Positions 50,101 through 63,185 of a stretch of DNA of 64,000 nt are shown here, in pieces. The stretch is from Narcine bancroftii. Taxonomy: Eukaryota. The DNA lies in NCBI RefSeq assembly GCF_036971445.1, contig NC_091473.1:215636001-215700000 (forward strand), written 5' to 3'. Within the stretch, counting starts at the first letter, position 1, and every line of letters begins with the position of its first letter. A model generated the notes under the pieces. That model had not been told where the DNA came from and searched no databases. It saw only the letters and a program-made list of their open reading frames with translations. The position numbers and the translations under genes were made by a program.

Positions 50101-51108
50101 ACAAGCTACACTCACTGATCTATCTGTCGTCTCTATTAAACTCTTTTTGTTTAAATGTAAAGGTCTGACCTGGCTTTACCTTACTGGAAACAAGTGTGGC
50201 CTCAGCCTGTTGCTCACCAACACCTCACGAGCCAAAGCCTCAAAAGTCTCACCTCCTCCCTGAGCCACCCACATACTGCTTGAGCTTCTCTTTATTTATC
50301 ACTGCCCCTTATCTGTAGCCCTCACTCCACCCAATCACCGTTCTGTTAACCCTTAAATCATCTTCCACTCCCTTTCTTAAGTGCACTTAAACAAAAAGTC
50401 GCTTCTTGACACGGCTCTCCCTGACTCTCACCCGTAAGACTACAATGGCCAAGGACCTGCTCCGCTCACTTTTAAATGCACTTACCAAAATCAAGTTCCA
50501 CTTGGGCACTTAACAGTAACTCAACATCTCTCCCCCAAACTTCGTTCTCACCCTCTCCCTCACCCCAACTCTCTTCCCCCTTTACCCACTTCTTCCACCC
50601 TTCTCCCAAACCCCCTTATCCCCAAAACACTCCTCTACCACCTCTCCTCACTTCCACCTCCCCCCTCCCCAATTCCCACCATTTTCCCCTTGCCCGCCTT
50701 TCACCCCTTCTCCCGTCCTATTCCCCTCCCATCCCCACACTCCTCTCTACCCCCTCTTTTGTCGCCTCCCCTCTTCTCCCTCTCCCCTCGTTTCTTCTCC
50801 CTCCCTTCCCCCTCCTCTCTCTTTGTCCTTCTGTATCGCTCTCGGTCCCCGGGCGGTTGCTGACGCGCTTTGCTGCTCCACGTCCGCTGTTAGCGGCGGC
50901 GCTGTTTCGCGGCCGTCGCTGCTGCATTGGAGCCGGCGGCTGCCAGCGAGAGGTAGGGTGCGGTCTCTCCCCGGCTGCCTCCTTGCAGCAGACTCAGTGG
51001 CTGCATTGGCAGACAGGCCCCTCCCTCCGCTCCCTCCCCTCTCGCTCATCTTCAGCAGCCACCGGATCCAGAGGCAGGGAGCTGCAGAGAGGCCGGGCGA
51101 TTGGGAGC

Positions 51109-51129
51109 TTCAGTACCAAGGACAGCGAC
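51109..51129 (+). promoter_or_regulatory. RE1/NRSE (REST-binding) element
   Basis: TTCAGTACCAAGGACAGCGAC versus consensus TTCAGCACCnnGGACAGCGCC: 2 mismatches, canonical 2-nt spacer. Confidence 0.7.
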
Positions 51130-51145
51130 GCGCTCTGCTGCCGCA

Positions 51146-51228
51146 ATGTTGCTGCGGGTTGTCTGCGTGACCGGCTGCCTTCTGCCGCTCGTCCTCTGCA
51201 GCTTTCCCGTGGACAGGCGTGGTGGAAG
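51146..51228 (+). CDS. Putative first coding exon (signal peptide) of an unidentified secreted or membrane, probably neuronal, gene
   Basis: gcaATG gives MLLRVVCVTGCLLPLVLCSFPVDRRGG; strong donor AAG|GTAAGC (phase 2); lies within the CpG island just downstream of the RE1. Confidence 0.62.
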
Positions 51229-52079
51229 GTAAGCGTCCAAGGTGGGGTAGGGGACTGCGGGCAAACAGTAGGGATTTCAGCGCACACGCACACACCCATA
51301 GACACACCCACACATAGCCGAGCAAACACATCAACCCCCGACACCCACCAATCCACAGACCCTCTCATCCGCTCCACACACTGGGCAGACAAAGCCCGTG
51401 CCGCCCTGACAGGGTGAGGGGAGTCGATTTGACACCGACGCCATTCGGTGTATCCATGGGCAAAAACGTTGCTCTTCGCCCGCGACCGTCCTCTGCTCGG
51501 TAAACACGGGCCGACACCCGCTCCCCGACCCGGGAACTAATGCGGCAATTGCCGGTGCCAGCAAACCGCACCCATCGGGGCGGGGGTGCGACTGTGTACG
51601 TGTTTCTGTGTTTTGGTCAAGGACTGTGTGTGTTTGGAGAAGGTTTGTGTTTTGGAGGACTATTGTGTGTTTTGAGCGGGATGGTGTGTGTTTGTGTTTT
51701 GGAGAGAGATTGGATATGTATGCTTGTATTTGGAATGGGGTTTGGAGAAGGATTGTGGCATTTTGGAGAATTGTGTGTACGCATGTTTGTGATTTTAAAT
51801 TATGAATGTACTATGGAAAGAGATTGCATTTGTGTCTGTTTTGTAAAGGGGTTGCATATGTGTTTGCGTTTTGGAGAAGGATTGCATATGCACCTCTGTG
51901 TGCACTTTGGTTTTGGAAAAGGATTGTGTGATACCTGTGTTTTGGAGAAGTGTGTGTTTTGGAAAAGGATTGTGTTCTTGTCTGTTTCTGGGAGGAATTT
52001 TTTTGTGTGTGTGGGAGAAGGATTGTGTATGTGAGCATTTTGGAGAGGGGTTGTGGTTTATATATTGATATACATCAAT

Positions 52080-53020
52080 TTTATCCACTTTTCTGCTAAC
52101 TTTCACCCAGCCAAAAATTTGCTTGATCCAACTCTAGCAACAACCCCCCCCCCCCCCCCATCTTGCTGTCTCCATCTCAGGAGACAATCTTGCTACAGTC
52201 ATTTTCTACAAGCACAAACTCCCACAGTTAACCTTAACTACATCTCTTCACATCACACCGTGTCTCCTCCCAATTCTTTTTTCTTCATTTCTGCAGCCAG
52301 GATGAGATCTATTCCAGATCATCCGAGAAGTCCTCCTTCCTCTACCACCAACACAACCCTTACCCACATCTCCTCTGTTTCCTTCACATATACCTTGCCC
52401 CCTGTGCCCCACATGAAACAAGGACAGGATTCCCCTTGTCCTGTCCCACCACCCCACCTGCCTACACATCTAACGCATTATCCTCTGCAATTTCTGCTGC
52501 CTACAACATGATTCTGCCAACGGATGCATCTTCTCCTCACCTCTCCACCTTCTGCAGGGACTTCCCTCTACGACTCTTTTGTCCACTCATCCTCTCCCAT
52601 TTATCACCCCCCTTGGTATCTGCCCCATGTGGTGCAGGAATTGCCAATACTTGCACCCCCCACCTCCTCCCTCACCACTGTTCAGTGCCCCAAATCATCC
52701 TTTCAAGTGAACCAACACTTCACTTCTGAATCTGCAAGGGTTGTCTACTGCATCGGTGCTCCCCATTATGGCCTCCTCTACATCAGAGAAACGGAACGCA
52801 GACTACAAAATTGTTTCGTTGACTGCCTTCAACCTAACTGCTGCAATACTAGGTCCTTCAGTGGCCACCCATTTCAATTCTGCACCCACTCCCACACTCA
52901 CATATCTGTCCATGGCCTTGTGCACGGCAAAACCCAAGGCCACCCAAAAATTGGAGGGGCAAAAGCTAATATTCTGTTTGGTCAATCTCCAGCCATTTGG
53001 CATTAACAGTGACTTCTCTG
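52080..53020 (+). mobile_element. Penelope-like (GIY-YIG) fragment
   Basis: VVYCIG..YGLLYIRETERRL, THFNS, ATQKLEGQKLIFCL. Confidence 0.7.
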
Positions 53021-53603
53021 ATTTCTCTCTTTCTCTATCCCTCTGTCTCCTTTCCTCCAGTTCTCCACCTCTTCCCTCTCCATTTATCCCTTCCCCCATC
53101 CCCAGCTTTTTTCTCTTCTCCCACCCATTTTCACCTATTACCTCTTGCCTGTGCTCCTCTCCCTCACCTTCCCCCACTCCCCCATCTGCCTATTTTTGCC
53201 CATACATTAATGAAGGGGCTCAGAGGGATTATGGCTGTGTGGGGTTTGGAGGGATTGTTGTGTGTTGTGGTGCCTGTGTTTTGGACAGTGCTTGTATGTT
53301 GTATGTGTGTGTGTCATGTTTTGGTGTGGAATTGTGTGTGTTTTGAAGAGGGATTGTGCGCTTGGAGGGTTGTGCAAGGGTAGTCTGGGGGGGGGTGTTG
53401 TGTGAGGGGGTTGTGAGAATTGTGGTTTGCGGAGGGGTTGTGTGAGTTTGTTTTACGTAGGGGCCGTGTGCGCAAATGGGTGTTGTGTAGTGGGGTTGCA
53501 CACAGGCATGGTTGGTGTGCATGTGTGGCGCAGAGGGGCTGCGCACGAGTGTTTTGTAAAGGGGTTGTGTGAGTGTGTTTTTTTGCAGAGAGGTTGTGGC
53601 ACA

Positions 53604-54048
53604 TGCATTCTGCAAGCGTGCATTCTGCAAGCATGCATTCTGCAAGCGTGCATCCTGCAAGCGTGCATCCTGCAAGCGTGCATCCTGCAAGCGTGCATCC
53701 TGCAAGCGTGCATCTGCAAGCGTGCATCCTGCAAGCGTGCATCCTGCAAGCGTGCATCCTGCAAGCGTGCATCCTGCAAGCGTGCATCCTGCAAGCGTGC
53801 ATCCTGCAAGCGTGCATCCTGCAAGCGTGTATCCTGCAAGCCGTGCATCCTGCAAGGCGTGCATCCTGCAAGCGTGCATCCTGCAAGCGTGCATCCTGCA
53901 AGCGTGCATCCTGCAAGCGTGCATCCTGCAAGCGTGCATCCTGCAAGCGTGCATCCTGCAAGCGTGCATCCTGCAAGCGTGCATCCTGCAAGCGTGCATC
54001 CTGCAAGCGTGCATCCTGCAAGCGTGCATCCTGCAAGCGTGCATTCTG
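53604..54048. repeat. 15-bp near-perfect minisatellite (GCGTGCATCCTGCAA)n, ~30 copies
   Basis: Read directly; a few single-base indels. Confidence 0.97.
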
Positions 54049-54132
54049 CGGAGGGATTTTTGTGTATGTTTAAGGGTGGGATTTGTGGGCATTTATGTGT
54101 TTGAAAGAGGTGCTGTTTTTGAGCATGATTAT

Positions 54133-55015
54133 GAGGGGTGTGCGCGATTGTGGAAGCGAGGGGTGTGCGCGATTGTGGAAGCGAGGGGTGTGCGCGATTG
54201 TGGAAGCGAGGGGTGTGCGCGATTGTGGAAGCGAGGGGTGTGCGCGATTGTGGAAGCGAGGGGTGTGCGCGATTGTGGAAGCGAGGGGTGTGCGCGATTG
54301 TGGAAGCGAGGGGTGTGCGCGATTGTGGAAGCGAGGGGTGTGCGCGATTGTGGAAGCGAGGGGTGTGCGCGATTGTGGAAGCGAGGGGTGTGCGCGATTG
54401 TGGAAGCGAGGGGTGTGCGCGATTGTGGAAGCGAGGGGTGTGCGCGATTGTGGAAGCGAGGGGTGTGCGCGATTGTGGAAGCGAGGGGTGTGCGCGATTG
54501 TGGAAGCGAGGGGTGTGCGCGATTGTGGAAGCGAGGGGTGTGCGCGATTGTGGAAGCGAGGGGTGTGCGCGATTGTGGAAGCGAGGGGTGTGCGCGATTG
54601 TGGAAGCGAGGGGTGTGCGCGATTGTGGAAGCGAGGGGTGTGCGCGATTGTGGAAGCGAGGGGTGTGCGCGATTGTGGAAGCGAGGGTGTGCGCGATTGT
54701 GGAAGCGAGGGGTGTGCGCGATTGTGGAAGCGAGGGGTGTGCGCGATTGTGGAAGCGAGGGGTGTGCGCGATTGTGGAAGCGAGGGGTGTGCGCGATTGT
54801 GGAAGCGAGGGGTGTGCGCGATTGTGGAAGCGAGGGGTGTGCGCGATTGTGGAAGCGAGGGGTGTGCGCGATTGTGGAAGCGAGGGGTGTGCGCGATTGT
54901 GGAAGCGAGGGGTGTGCGCGATTGTGGAAGCGAGGGGTGTGCGCGATTGTGGAAGCGAGGGGTGTGCGCGATTGTGGAAGCGAGGGGTGTGCGCGATTGT
55001 GGAAGCGAGGGGTGT
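54133..55015. repeat. 25-bp near-perfect minisatellite (GAGGGGTGTGCGCGATTGTGGAAGC)n, ~35 copies
   Basis: Read directly; one single-G deletion near 54685. Confidence 0.97.
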
Positions 55016-55214
55016 GTGCTTGGATTGGAAAGTGGTTGCACGTGCTTGTGTGCTCAGAGAGGATGCTGTGTGTGTGAGGGGCTATGTGGATGTGTGTTTA
55101 AGGGAGAAGTTTGTGCATGCATGCTTGTTTAAGGGAGTGATTTGTGTGTATTCTGGAGACGGGTTTGTGTTTGCAAGGGCCTGTTTTGAAGAGGAGTGGT
55201 GCGTATGTATATGT

Positions 55215-57510
55215 TTACAGCCCATTTTTCCAACTGCTCCAGATCTTGCTGCAAGATCTGAAAGCCTTCCTCGCTGTTCACTCCACCTCCAAGCATTGTG
55301 TCATCTGCAAACTTGCTGATCCAATTTACCATTATCATCCAGATCATTGATATAGATGACAAACAACAAAGGACCCAGCACCGATCTTTCAGGCACACCA
55401 TTAGTCACAGGTCTCCCGTCTGAGAGACAATCACTCATGACCATACTCTGGTTCTACTGTAAAGCAAATGTCTATTCCAGTTTACTATATCTTCCTGACT
55501 AAATCCCATGCGGGACTTTGTCAAATGCTATTAATGTCCATATAGACAACATCCACAGCCTTCCTGATGACCTCATCAAAAAATTCTTCAAGGTCGGTTA
55601 AACCCCACCTACTATGCACAAAATCATGTTACCTATCCCTAATTAGTCCCCATCTATCCAAATATCTTGCCTCTTGGGACACTTCCTAGCATAAGAAATA
55701 AAGAGGATAACCTTGTAGACCAGCTACACATAGGCAGGTCTGATGTTGTGGCCATTAACCATGGTTCTGCGATGGATGTCATTGGAAGCTGAATGTCCAA
55801 GGGTACACAGTGTATCAAAAAGATAAGCAGATGAGCAGAGGGTGTGATGTGGCTCTGTTGGTAAGGAACAACATTAAATCATTAGAAGGAAGTGACCTAG
55901 GATCAGAAGATAAGGAATCATTATGGATTAAGAAATGGCAAGGATAAAAAGGACAGTGTTGGCTGTTCTATACAGACCTCCAAACAGTCACCATGATGTG
56001 GACAACAAATGCTGACAGCAGATAGAAAAGGTGTGTCAGAAGGGCAATGTTATGGGGGGGATTTTTTACATGCAAGTAGATTGGGAAAAACAGGTTGGGA
56101 CTGGATCTCGAGAGAGATTTGTAGAAAGCCAATGAGATGGCTTTTTAGAGCAGCTCATTGATGAGCTCATGAGGGGATCGGCTGTACTTGATTGGGTATT
56201 GTGTAATGCACCCAAGGTGATGAGTGAACACTGAGTAAAGGAACTATTAGGGTTTCAATGATCATAATATGATTAAGTTCAATTTGAGTTTTAACAAGGA
56301 GAAAATAAAATCAAGCATGTCGGTATTTCAATGGAGTAAAAGGAATTACAGTGGCCAAAGTGTTTAGAAGGAGGCACTAACAGGGAAGATAGCAGAGAAG
56401 CAAAGGATGGAGTTTCTGCAAGAAATGGGGAAGGAGAAAGACTAATAATACCAAAAAAGAGGAAATATTGGAATGGAAAAATGTCACAACCATGGCTAAC
56501 TAGGGAAGTCAAAGCCAACGTGAAAGCAAAAGAGAGGGCATACAAAGAAACAAAAATTAGTGGGAAGATAGAGGATTGGGAAGTTTTAAATACATGAAGG
56601 AAAAAGATGATGAAAAATAATCATACCATATGATGGTAGGTAGAGAAACAGGTAGTGTAGAGGAAACCTGGAGGCTGCAGAAGAACAAGCAGATTAGGAG
56701 ATTTGGCAAATGAAATACTGTATAATGTCAGAAAATAGATGGTCATGCACTTTGGTAGAAAACATAAACGGGCAGACTACTTTCTAAATGGGGAGAAAAT
56801 TGAAAATGCCCAGATGCAAAGGGACCTGGGAATCCTAGTCCAGGATACCCTGAAGGTAAACTTGCAGGTTGAATCGGTGGTGAAGAAGGCAAATGCAATG
56901 CTGGCATTCATGTTATGGGGAATATAAGGGCAGGGATGTGATGTTGAGGCTTTACAAGGCACTGGTGAGTCCTCATTTGGAGTATTGTGAGCAGTTTTGG
57001 GCTCCTCATTTAAGAAAGGATGTGCTGACGCTGGAGGGGATTCCAAAGAGGTTCACAAGGATGATTCCAGGAATTAAAGGGTTATCATGTGAGGAGCATT
57101 TGACAGCTCTTGGCCTGTACTCGTTGGAATTTAGGAGAATGAGGGGGGATCTCATTGAAACATTTTGAATGTTGAAAGGCATAGACATAGTAGATTTAGA
57201 AAGGTGGTTTCCCATGGTGGGAGAGTCCAAGACAAAAGGTAGCAATTTCAGGATTGAAGGGCGTCCACTTAGAACAGAGATGCATTGGAATTTCTTCAGC
57301 CAAAGAGTGATCAATCTGTGGAATTTGTTGCCTTAGACAGTTGGAGAGACCAGATCATTGGGTGTATTTAAAGAGATTGATGGGCTCTTGATTAGTCAGG
57401 GCATCGAAGGTTATGAGGAGAAGGCTAGGTCGGAGTGGGTAAATGGATCAGGTCATGGTTAAATGGATGGGCTGAATAGCCTATTTCTGCTCCTATGTCT
57501 TATGGTCTTG
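55215..57510. mobile_element. CR1 fragments (minus 55215-55680; plus 55700-57510)
   Basis: SKFADDT, MHFGRK, LVSPHLEYCEQFWAP motifs. Confidence 0.8.
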
Positions 57511-57554
57511 TAACTTAACTCACTACTGATGTCAGGCTCATCGGCCTACAATGA

Positions 57555-58560
57555 ATAGAGAGGGATTGTGTGTGCGTCTGTGTTTGGGAGATGGATTGTG
57601 ATTGTGTGTTTAAGAGAGGGGTAATTTGTATGTGTTGTTTTGAAGAGTGGTTGCATGGACATATTAAGTGAGGGATTGTGTTTTGGGGAGGGGTTACGCA
57701 CTTGTGTGTCTTTAGAAAGGTGTGAGTGTTTAGAGGTTGTGTGTGCAGTTGTGTTTGAGGGTTTGCATCTGTTTATCAATGGGCTTTCTGTGTGCATATG
57801 TTTAAGAGAAGTGTGTGTATAAAACAGGATATATGTGTGTGTGCATGTGTGTTTGAGAGCGATTTAAGCTTGTGCAAGCTCGAGAGGGTGTGTGCATGTT
57901 TGAGAGAATCATGCATATCTGTGCGGGGGGGAGGTTGTGCATGTGTGAGAGGAGTTTTGTGTGTTAGGGATTTGTGTGTGCATGAAGGGGTTTGTTTAGG
58001 ACGGGGTGTTGAGGAGCTTGTACATGCGTATTTAACAGGGAGTGTGTTTATGAGTGGAATTTCTATATGTGTTTAGGAGAGGGGTTGTGTGTGTGTGTGT
58101 TTCAGAGATATGTTTGTTGTATACATGTTTAAGGTGTGTTTACATGTTTGTGTGTGTTAGTGTTCAGAGCTGGTTTCTGCATGTGTTTAGAAATGGTTTG
58201 TGTGTTTAAGAGGGAAGGTTGTGTGCACACATTTAAGGGGGGGATATCTGTGTGTTTAAAAGTGGGGTTTTGTCTGTGTTCAAGAGAAGGGTATATATGT
58301 ATTTGAGAGGCGTTTGTGTGTTTAACAGCTGTTTGTTTGAGGGGTGCTTTTGTATATTTGTGAATTTAAGAGGGGTGGGTGCGCGTTTGTGTTTCAGAGG
58401 AGCTTGAACATTGTGTGTTTAGAGAGGGTAAGTGTTTGTATTTCAGTGGGATTGTGAGTTCACAAGTGAGAGAGGTCTGTGTGTATATGTGTTTCAAAGA
58501 GGGATTTGTGTCTGTGTTTCCAAAAGGGTTGGTGTGTGTTAGCTTGTGTGTTGTGTTTTG
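57555..58560. repeat. Degenerate TG-rich satellite (also 51590-52060, 53230-53600, 59900-60360, 60990-61405)
   Basis: Loose ~25-bp GAGAGGG(A/T)TTGTGTGTG..TTT units. Confidence 0.75.
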
Positions 58561-58564
58561 TTGG

Positions 58565-59890
58565 ATCCGAATAAGACTGAATTCAACATAAGAGGGAACA
58601 GCGAAGAACTTTATTTATGTGGAATGTTAAGTTCATAACAAAAAAGACTAATAACCCTATATTAATACAGATGATTAGAGTATGGCAAGAAATAAATGAG
58701 TGTATTGGGGAAACAAAAGGTGTATCACTAAGAACACCCTTATGTAAAAATGTGTTGCTGCCCTATGAATCTGGGTAACAATATATTGAATTCAGGGAAT
58801 GACAAAGGAATAAGATGTATTGATGATTGTTATGTGGAGGGATTGCTCATGTCTTTTGAACAATTACGAAATAAATACAGTAGCTGACAGGGCTTTCTTT
58901 TGATTTCTCCAGCTAAGATCGTTCCTAAGAGAAGGATGGGAACCAAATTTGGCCCCACCTGAAATTAGTGAAATGGAGCGAATGATTTGGCTGGGGAACA
59001 CACCTAAATTTATATCTAAGATGTACTACACTCTCCAGAATGAAAGTGCAAAACCAGGTTTACAGCCATCGAGAGAGAGAGCTGGGAGTCGGATCTCGGT
59101 GTTGCAATAATGGAAAGATGTTGGTCTGATTGGTGTTTGGATAGCATGACATCAGTTATAAATGCAAGGTATGGATTAGTGCAATATAATTTCCTCCAAC
59201 CAATTATATCTCAATCGACAGAAGTTGCAAGAATCAGAAATATCAGAGACCTGTTTTAGGTGTGGGATAGAAATAGAAACATTTTTACATGCTATGTGGT
59301 GGTGTGTGAAGGTGAGACCTTTCTGGCCGTATATTACTGAAATATTAATAAGGATAAAAGGGATGGTCCTCATGGGTGATCCAGAGCTTGATCTTTTGGG
59401 CAACTTTACTGAAATAAGCAATAAATTAACTAAACTCCAAATTTTGTTTGCTAAAATAGCCTTAGCAGTGGCTAAGAAATGTATTGTGATTACTTGGAAA
59501 TCCGATTCCCCTCTACAGACAGCACGATGGATAGTTGCATACCCATGGAAAAAATTACATGCTACATAAAGAATATGGTATCAAGATATTTAAGAAATAT
59601 GGCATATTTATCAAGATGTGGCAGCATATTTGGATTATACCAGGGCCCAATTATAAATGACTGTAATAAAAAGGACGTTTACAGATGGTGCTGTAGTACA
59701 AATGCGAGTGACTTCCCCATGTAGAATTTTTTATGGTAAATGTGGGCAGCGTGTGGATTTATATTGTGAAAGGTGGGGGGGTGGATGGGGGGGGGGGGAA
59801 GGGAAGGGATTGTTTGTTTTTTGCAAGAAAAAAATTATTTTATCTATCTATATATACTTTGATATTGTATATTTATATTTAAAAAAATTT
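58565..59890 (+). mobile_element. L1 3' fragment
   Basis: CFRCGIEIETFLHAMWWC; AKKCIVITWK. Confidence 0.8.
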
Positions 59891-61404
59891 AAAGAAGAGC
59901 GAGAGGGGGGTTGTGTGTGTGTGCATGTTTAGAAGAGGAATTTTGTCTGCATGTTGAGGTGAGTGTGCAAGTTTTAAGTGGGTTTGCCCCTTTGTGTGTT
60001 CTGAGAGTTGTTTGTGTGTTTAAAAAAGGAGGTTTGTGTGCATGAATTTTAGAGCAAGGTCTGTGTGTGTTTAAAAGCAGGGTTATGTGGGCGTTCCAAA
60101 GAGAATCACATGTGTATGGATTTTTTGGGAGGGGTGTGTGTGTTTAAGCGGGGAGTGGCATGTGAGCACATGTTTAAGAGAAGGGTGCTATATGTGCATG
60201 TTTTGGAGAGGTGTTGTCCAATTTTTTTTTTGAGAGAGGGTTTGCTTTTCAGAGAGGTTTTTGACAATGTATTTAAGAGAGGGGATTGTGTCTATGTGTG
60301 TTTAAGAGGGAATTGTGTGTGGGTGTTTAAAAGGGAGGTGTTTCTGGGTGTTTAAGAGAAGAGTCACGTATGCATGTGTAAGAGTAATAGGCTCACTACC
60401 TACCTTCTTCTTTGGCCGTGGGCGCCAGCGGTCTCCCAGGGTCTGTTGGCTCCTCCCATTGGCACATGCATATTGGGCCAGATCGTAGCGGTACATTCAC
60501 GGTCGGCTCGGCCCCAATGGTGGCAGTTTGAGTCAAGGCCAGCAGGTCCACCAATATGCACGCGCCTCGGAACATGGTGACGCATGTGAGCTCAGCCCAG
60601 GCAGTGCAACGGTTGGGCCAGCACACTGCACGAAAGAGCACACGCGATAGTTTTGGGTGCATTTAAAAAGAGATTGTACAGCTAGCATTGGCAGTTGGAA
60701 ACCATAAGAAGGGTGAGTTAGGGGTCAACAATTTCTGTTGATCACTTTCAGCACGTCTAATTATCAGCTGAATATCGCTTTGGCCTCAATAAATGATTTG
60801 TTGTTAAGAATCTACTACATAGAATATTAGAAAAGAAGATTACAAGTTTTGCATGTTAACGATCAAGGATTTAAATACAACTGGAAATGATTGAAAACAC
60901 ATCACACACAAACCCCTAACTTAGCCTCCAAGTGATTATATAAGTCATAGGAAGGAAGTCAATGCCACATGATTTGGATCGGGGGCCCACTGTGTATTTA
61001 TTGAGGGAATTTGTGGGTTGAAGAGGAAGTTTGTGTTTATGTATCCAGAGAAGGGTGTGTTTGTGTGTGTGTGTGTGTGCATGTTTAAGAAGCATTTCTG
61101 TGTTGTGTGTTTACCAGGGGTGTGTGTGTGTGGATGTTTAATAGATGTGTGTGTGATTAAGAGTGAAGTTTGTGTCTGCATTTAAGTGAATGGTTTGTAT
61201 GAGTTTTTGAGAGGGTTTGTGTGCATGTTTTGGAGTAGAGTTGCCTGCGTGAATGTGTTTGGAGAGGATTTGTGTGTATACTTAAGAGGGTGTTTGTGTG
61301 TACACTTTTAAGAGAGGAGCCTGAGTGTGTATGTGTTTTAAGTGGGGATTGTGCGTGTTGAGAAGGGTTTAGTATTTGTGGCAAAGAGAGAGGGGTGTGT
61401 GTGA

Positions 61405-63185
61405 AGGACGTCACATGATGACGTGAGGTCAGGACATGAAATCCTGACCCTCCTGAAAATTTGGTTTAAAAAGAACCTAAAAAGTAATGAAATGTATATA
61501 AAAACTCAATTAAACAGACTTTGAATATTTCTGCTTATTCACAACCATGGGGGATAAAGAAGGTAAAAACTGCTGACTTACCTGAATGCAAGAAGAAATG
61601 GGCAACGAGTCCTGGAGCCGGGGACTGGCACTCCATCTGCCCTGGAGATAGGCGAGCAGCCTCCGCTGCCGCAAAGACGGGCACCCCAACCGGTAGAAGG
61701 TGAAGAAAGTGGAAGGCAAACTGGAAGTCAAGCAGGTCCATTCAAATCTGGCAGTGATCAAGGGGAACACAAAAACACAGATGATCCAGAATCGACCCTA
61801 CCCAGGGAAGTGAATAATGTGGATATATATATAAGGAGCTCAGAACCAGGAAAGTAGAAATGGAAGCAGAAATAAGTAAAATAACTGAAGTTATGAACAC
61901 TATGAAACAAAACATTGATCAAAACAAACATGAGGTTAATAAATTGAAAGAAGATGTGGAACAAGTTAGAGAACAATGAGACTGTCTTAAATCAAAAGAG
62001 TTCTGGAAAATTACAGTAGAAGGAATAATATTAAGATTGTGGGTTTGAAAGAAGGGATGGAACCACAATTTTTTCAAAAATGGATTACTGAGGTAGTGGG
62101 CCAAGAGAACTTTGTGGGAGAAATTGAAAGCCCTCAGATGTAAACCCACCCCTCAAACAAAATCCGCGTTCAGTGCTGATAAAATTCCTGCCTTGTCAGG
62201 GTAGAGAAAAAGTACTGAATGGCCAGGGTTGCCTGAACACCAAAGGAGTTAAAATTTATTCTACCCAGTCATCAGTAAAGACCTTTTAAAGCGAAGAAAA
62301 GTATTTAATCTCGTGAAAAAGACTTTATAGGAGAAAGGATATTGTTCTTTTCTTTGACACCGACGACCTTGAAGATTTTTCTCCCAAATGGACAAAGCAG
62401 GTTTTTTTTAAAAACCATCTAGAGGCAGAAGAATTTGTTGAAAACTTACCAAGTCAACAATCAGGTGGAAGACTAAGGATGAAAAGCAATGTTTCTTTTT
62501 CCTCTCTGTTAACTCTATATAACTGAATTGGGGTGAAGTTCTTTTTATATATAATAAAAGAAATTAACAAAGAATCTCAGGGGGTTGGGGAGAGGTGGGG
62601 GAGGGTGCTGACCACCGCTGAGTCACGTGTGTACCTGTGACTTCGGTCATGGCCCGGACGAGGGAAGGAGATAGTGTTGCTATGGTAAGCAAGGTGACAA
62701 GGGTTTTTTTTTTCTTTTTTGTTAATTCTGTTAAATATTTGGCAGTGTAACTTACTTTTTTTTACATTTTTCTCCTTTTTCATTCTTGGATTGTCAGGTG
62801 GGCCAAGGGCAAACACAGAGGATGTTGAATTACATAACTAAGTAGTGGAGGTTGGTGGGAGAAGGTGATGGAAATAAAGGTTAAAATAAAGAGTAATGAG
62901 TAAATTGGTAAAATTCTTAAATATTAATATTAATGGGATTAACAGAACCATCAAATGGAAAAAATACTTGCACATAATTAAAAAAAATGGGTGTAAATGT
63001 AGCCTTTCTTTAGGAAATGAATTTGACAGAAAAATAACATTCAAAACTGAAAACAGACTGGGTTGGCCATGTTGCACCTTCTTCATTTAACTCAAATCAA
63101 GAGGGGTAGCAATTTTATTTAACAAAAACTTCTCAATAGATAATCAACATGTTGAGACAGATCAAGCAGGTCAATTTGTCATGCT
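61405..63185 (+). mobile_element. Decayed L1 5' part (ORF1 plus endonuclease start)
   Basis: NYSRRNNIKIVGL remnant; LNININGINRTIKWKK. Confidence 0.75.

Larger units (their letters stand above)
50840..51600. promoter_or_regulatory. CpG island / promoter
   Basis: Dense CpG and high GC in an otherwise CpG-poor region, preceded by a long pyrimidine tract. Confidence 0.75.

Noticed and set aside
50476-51417. 313-aa plus-strand ORF
   Set aside because: Low-complexity pyrimidine tract plus GC-rich island; the short signal-peptide exon in another frame fits better.
53229-55319. Long ORFs of 225-502 aa on both strands
   Set aside because: They are translations of stop-free 15-bp and 25-bp tandem repeats, with no evidence of coding function.
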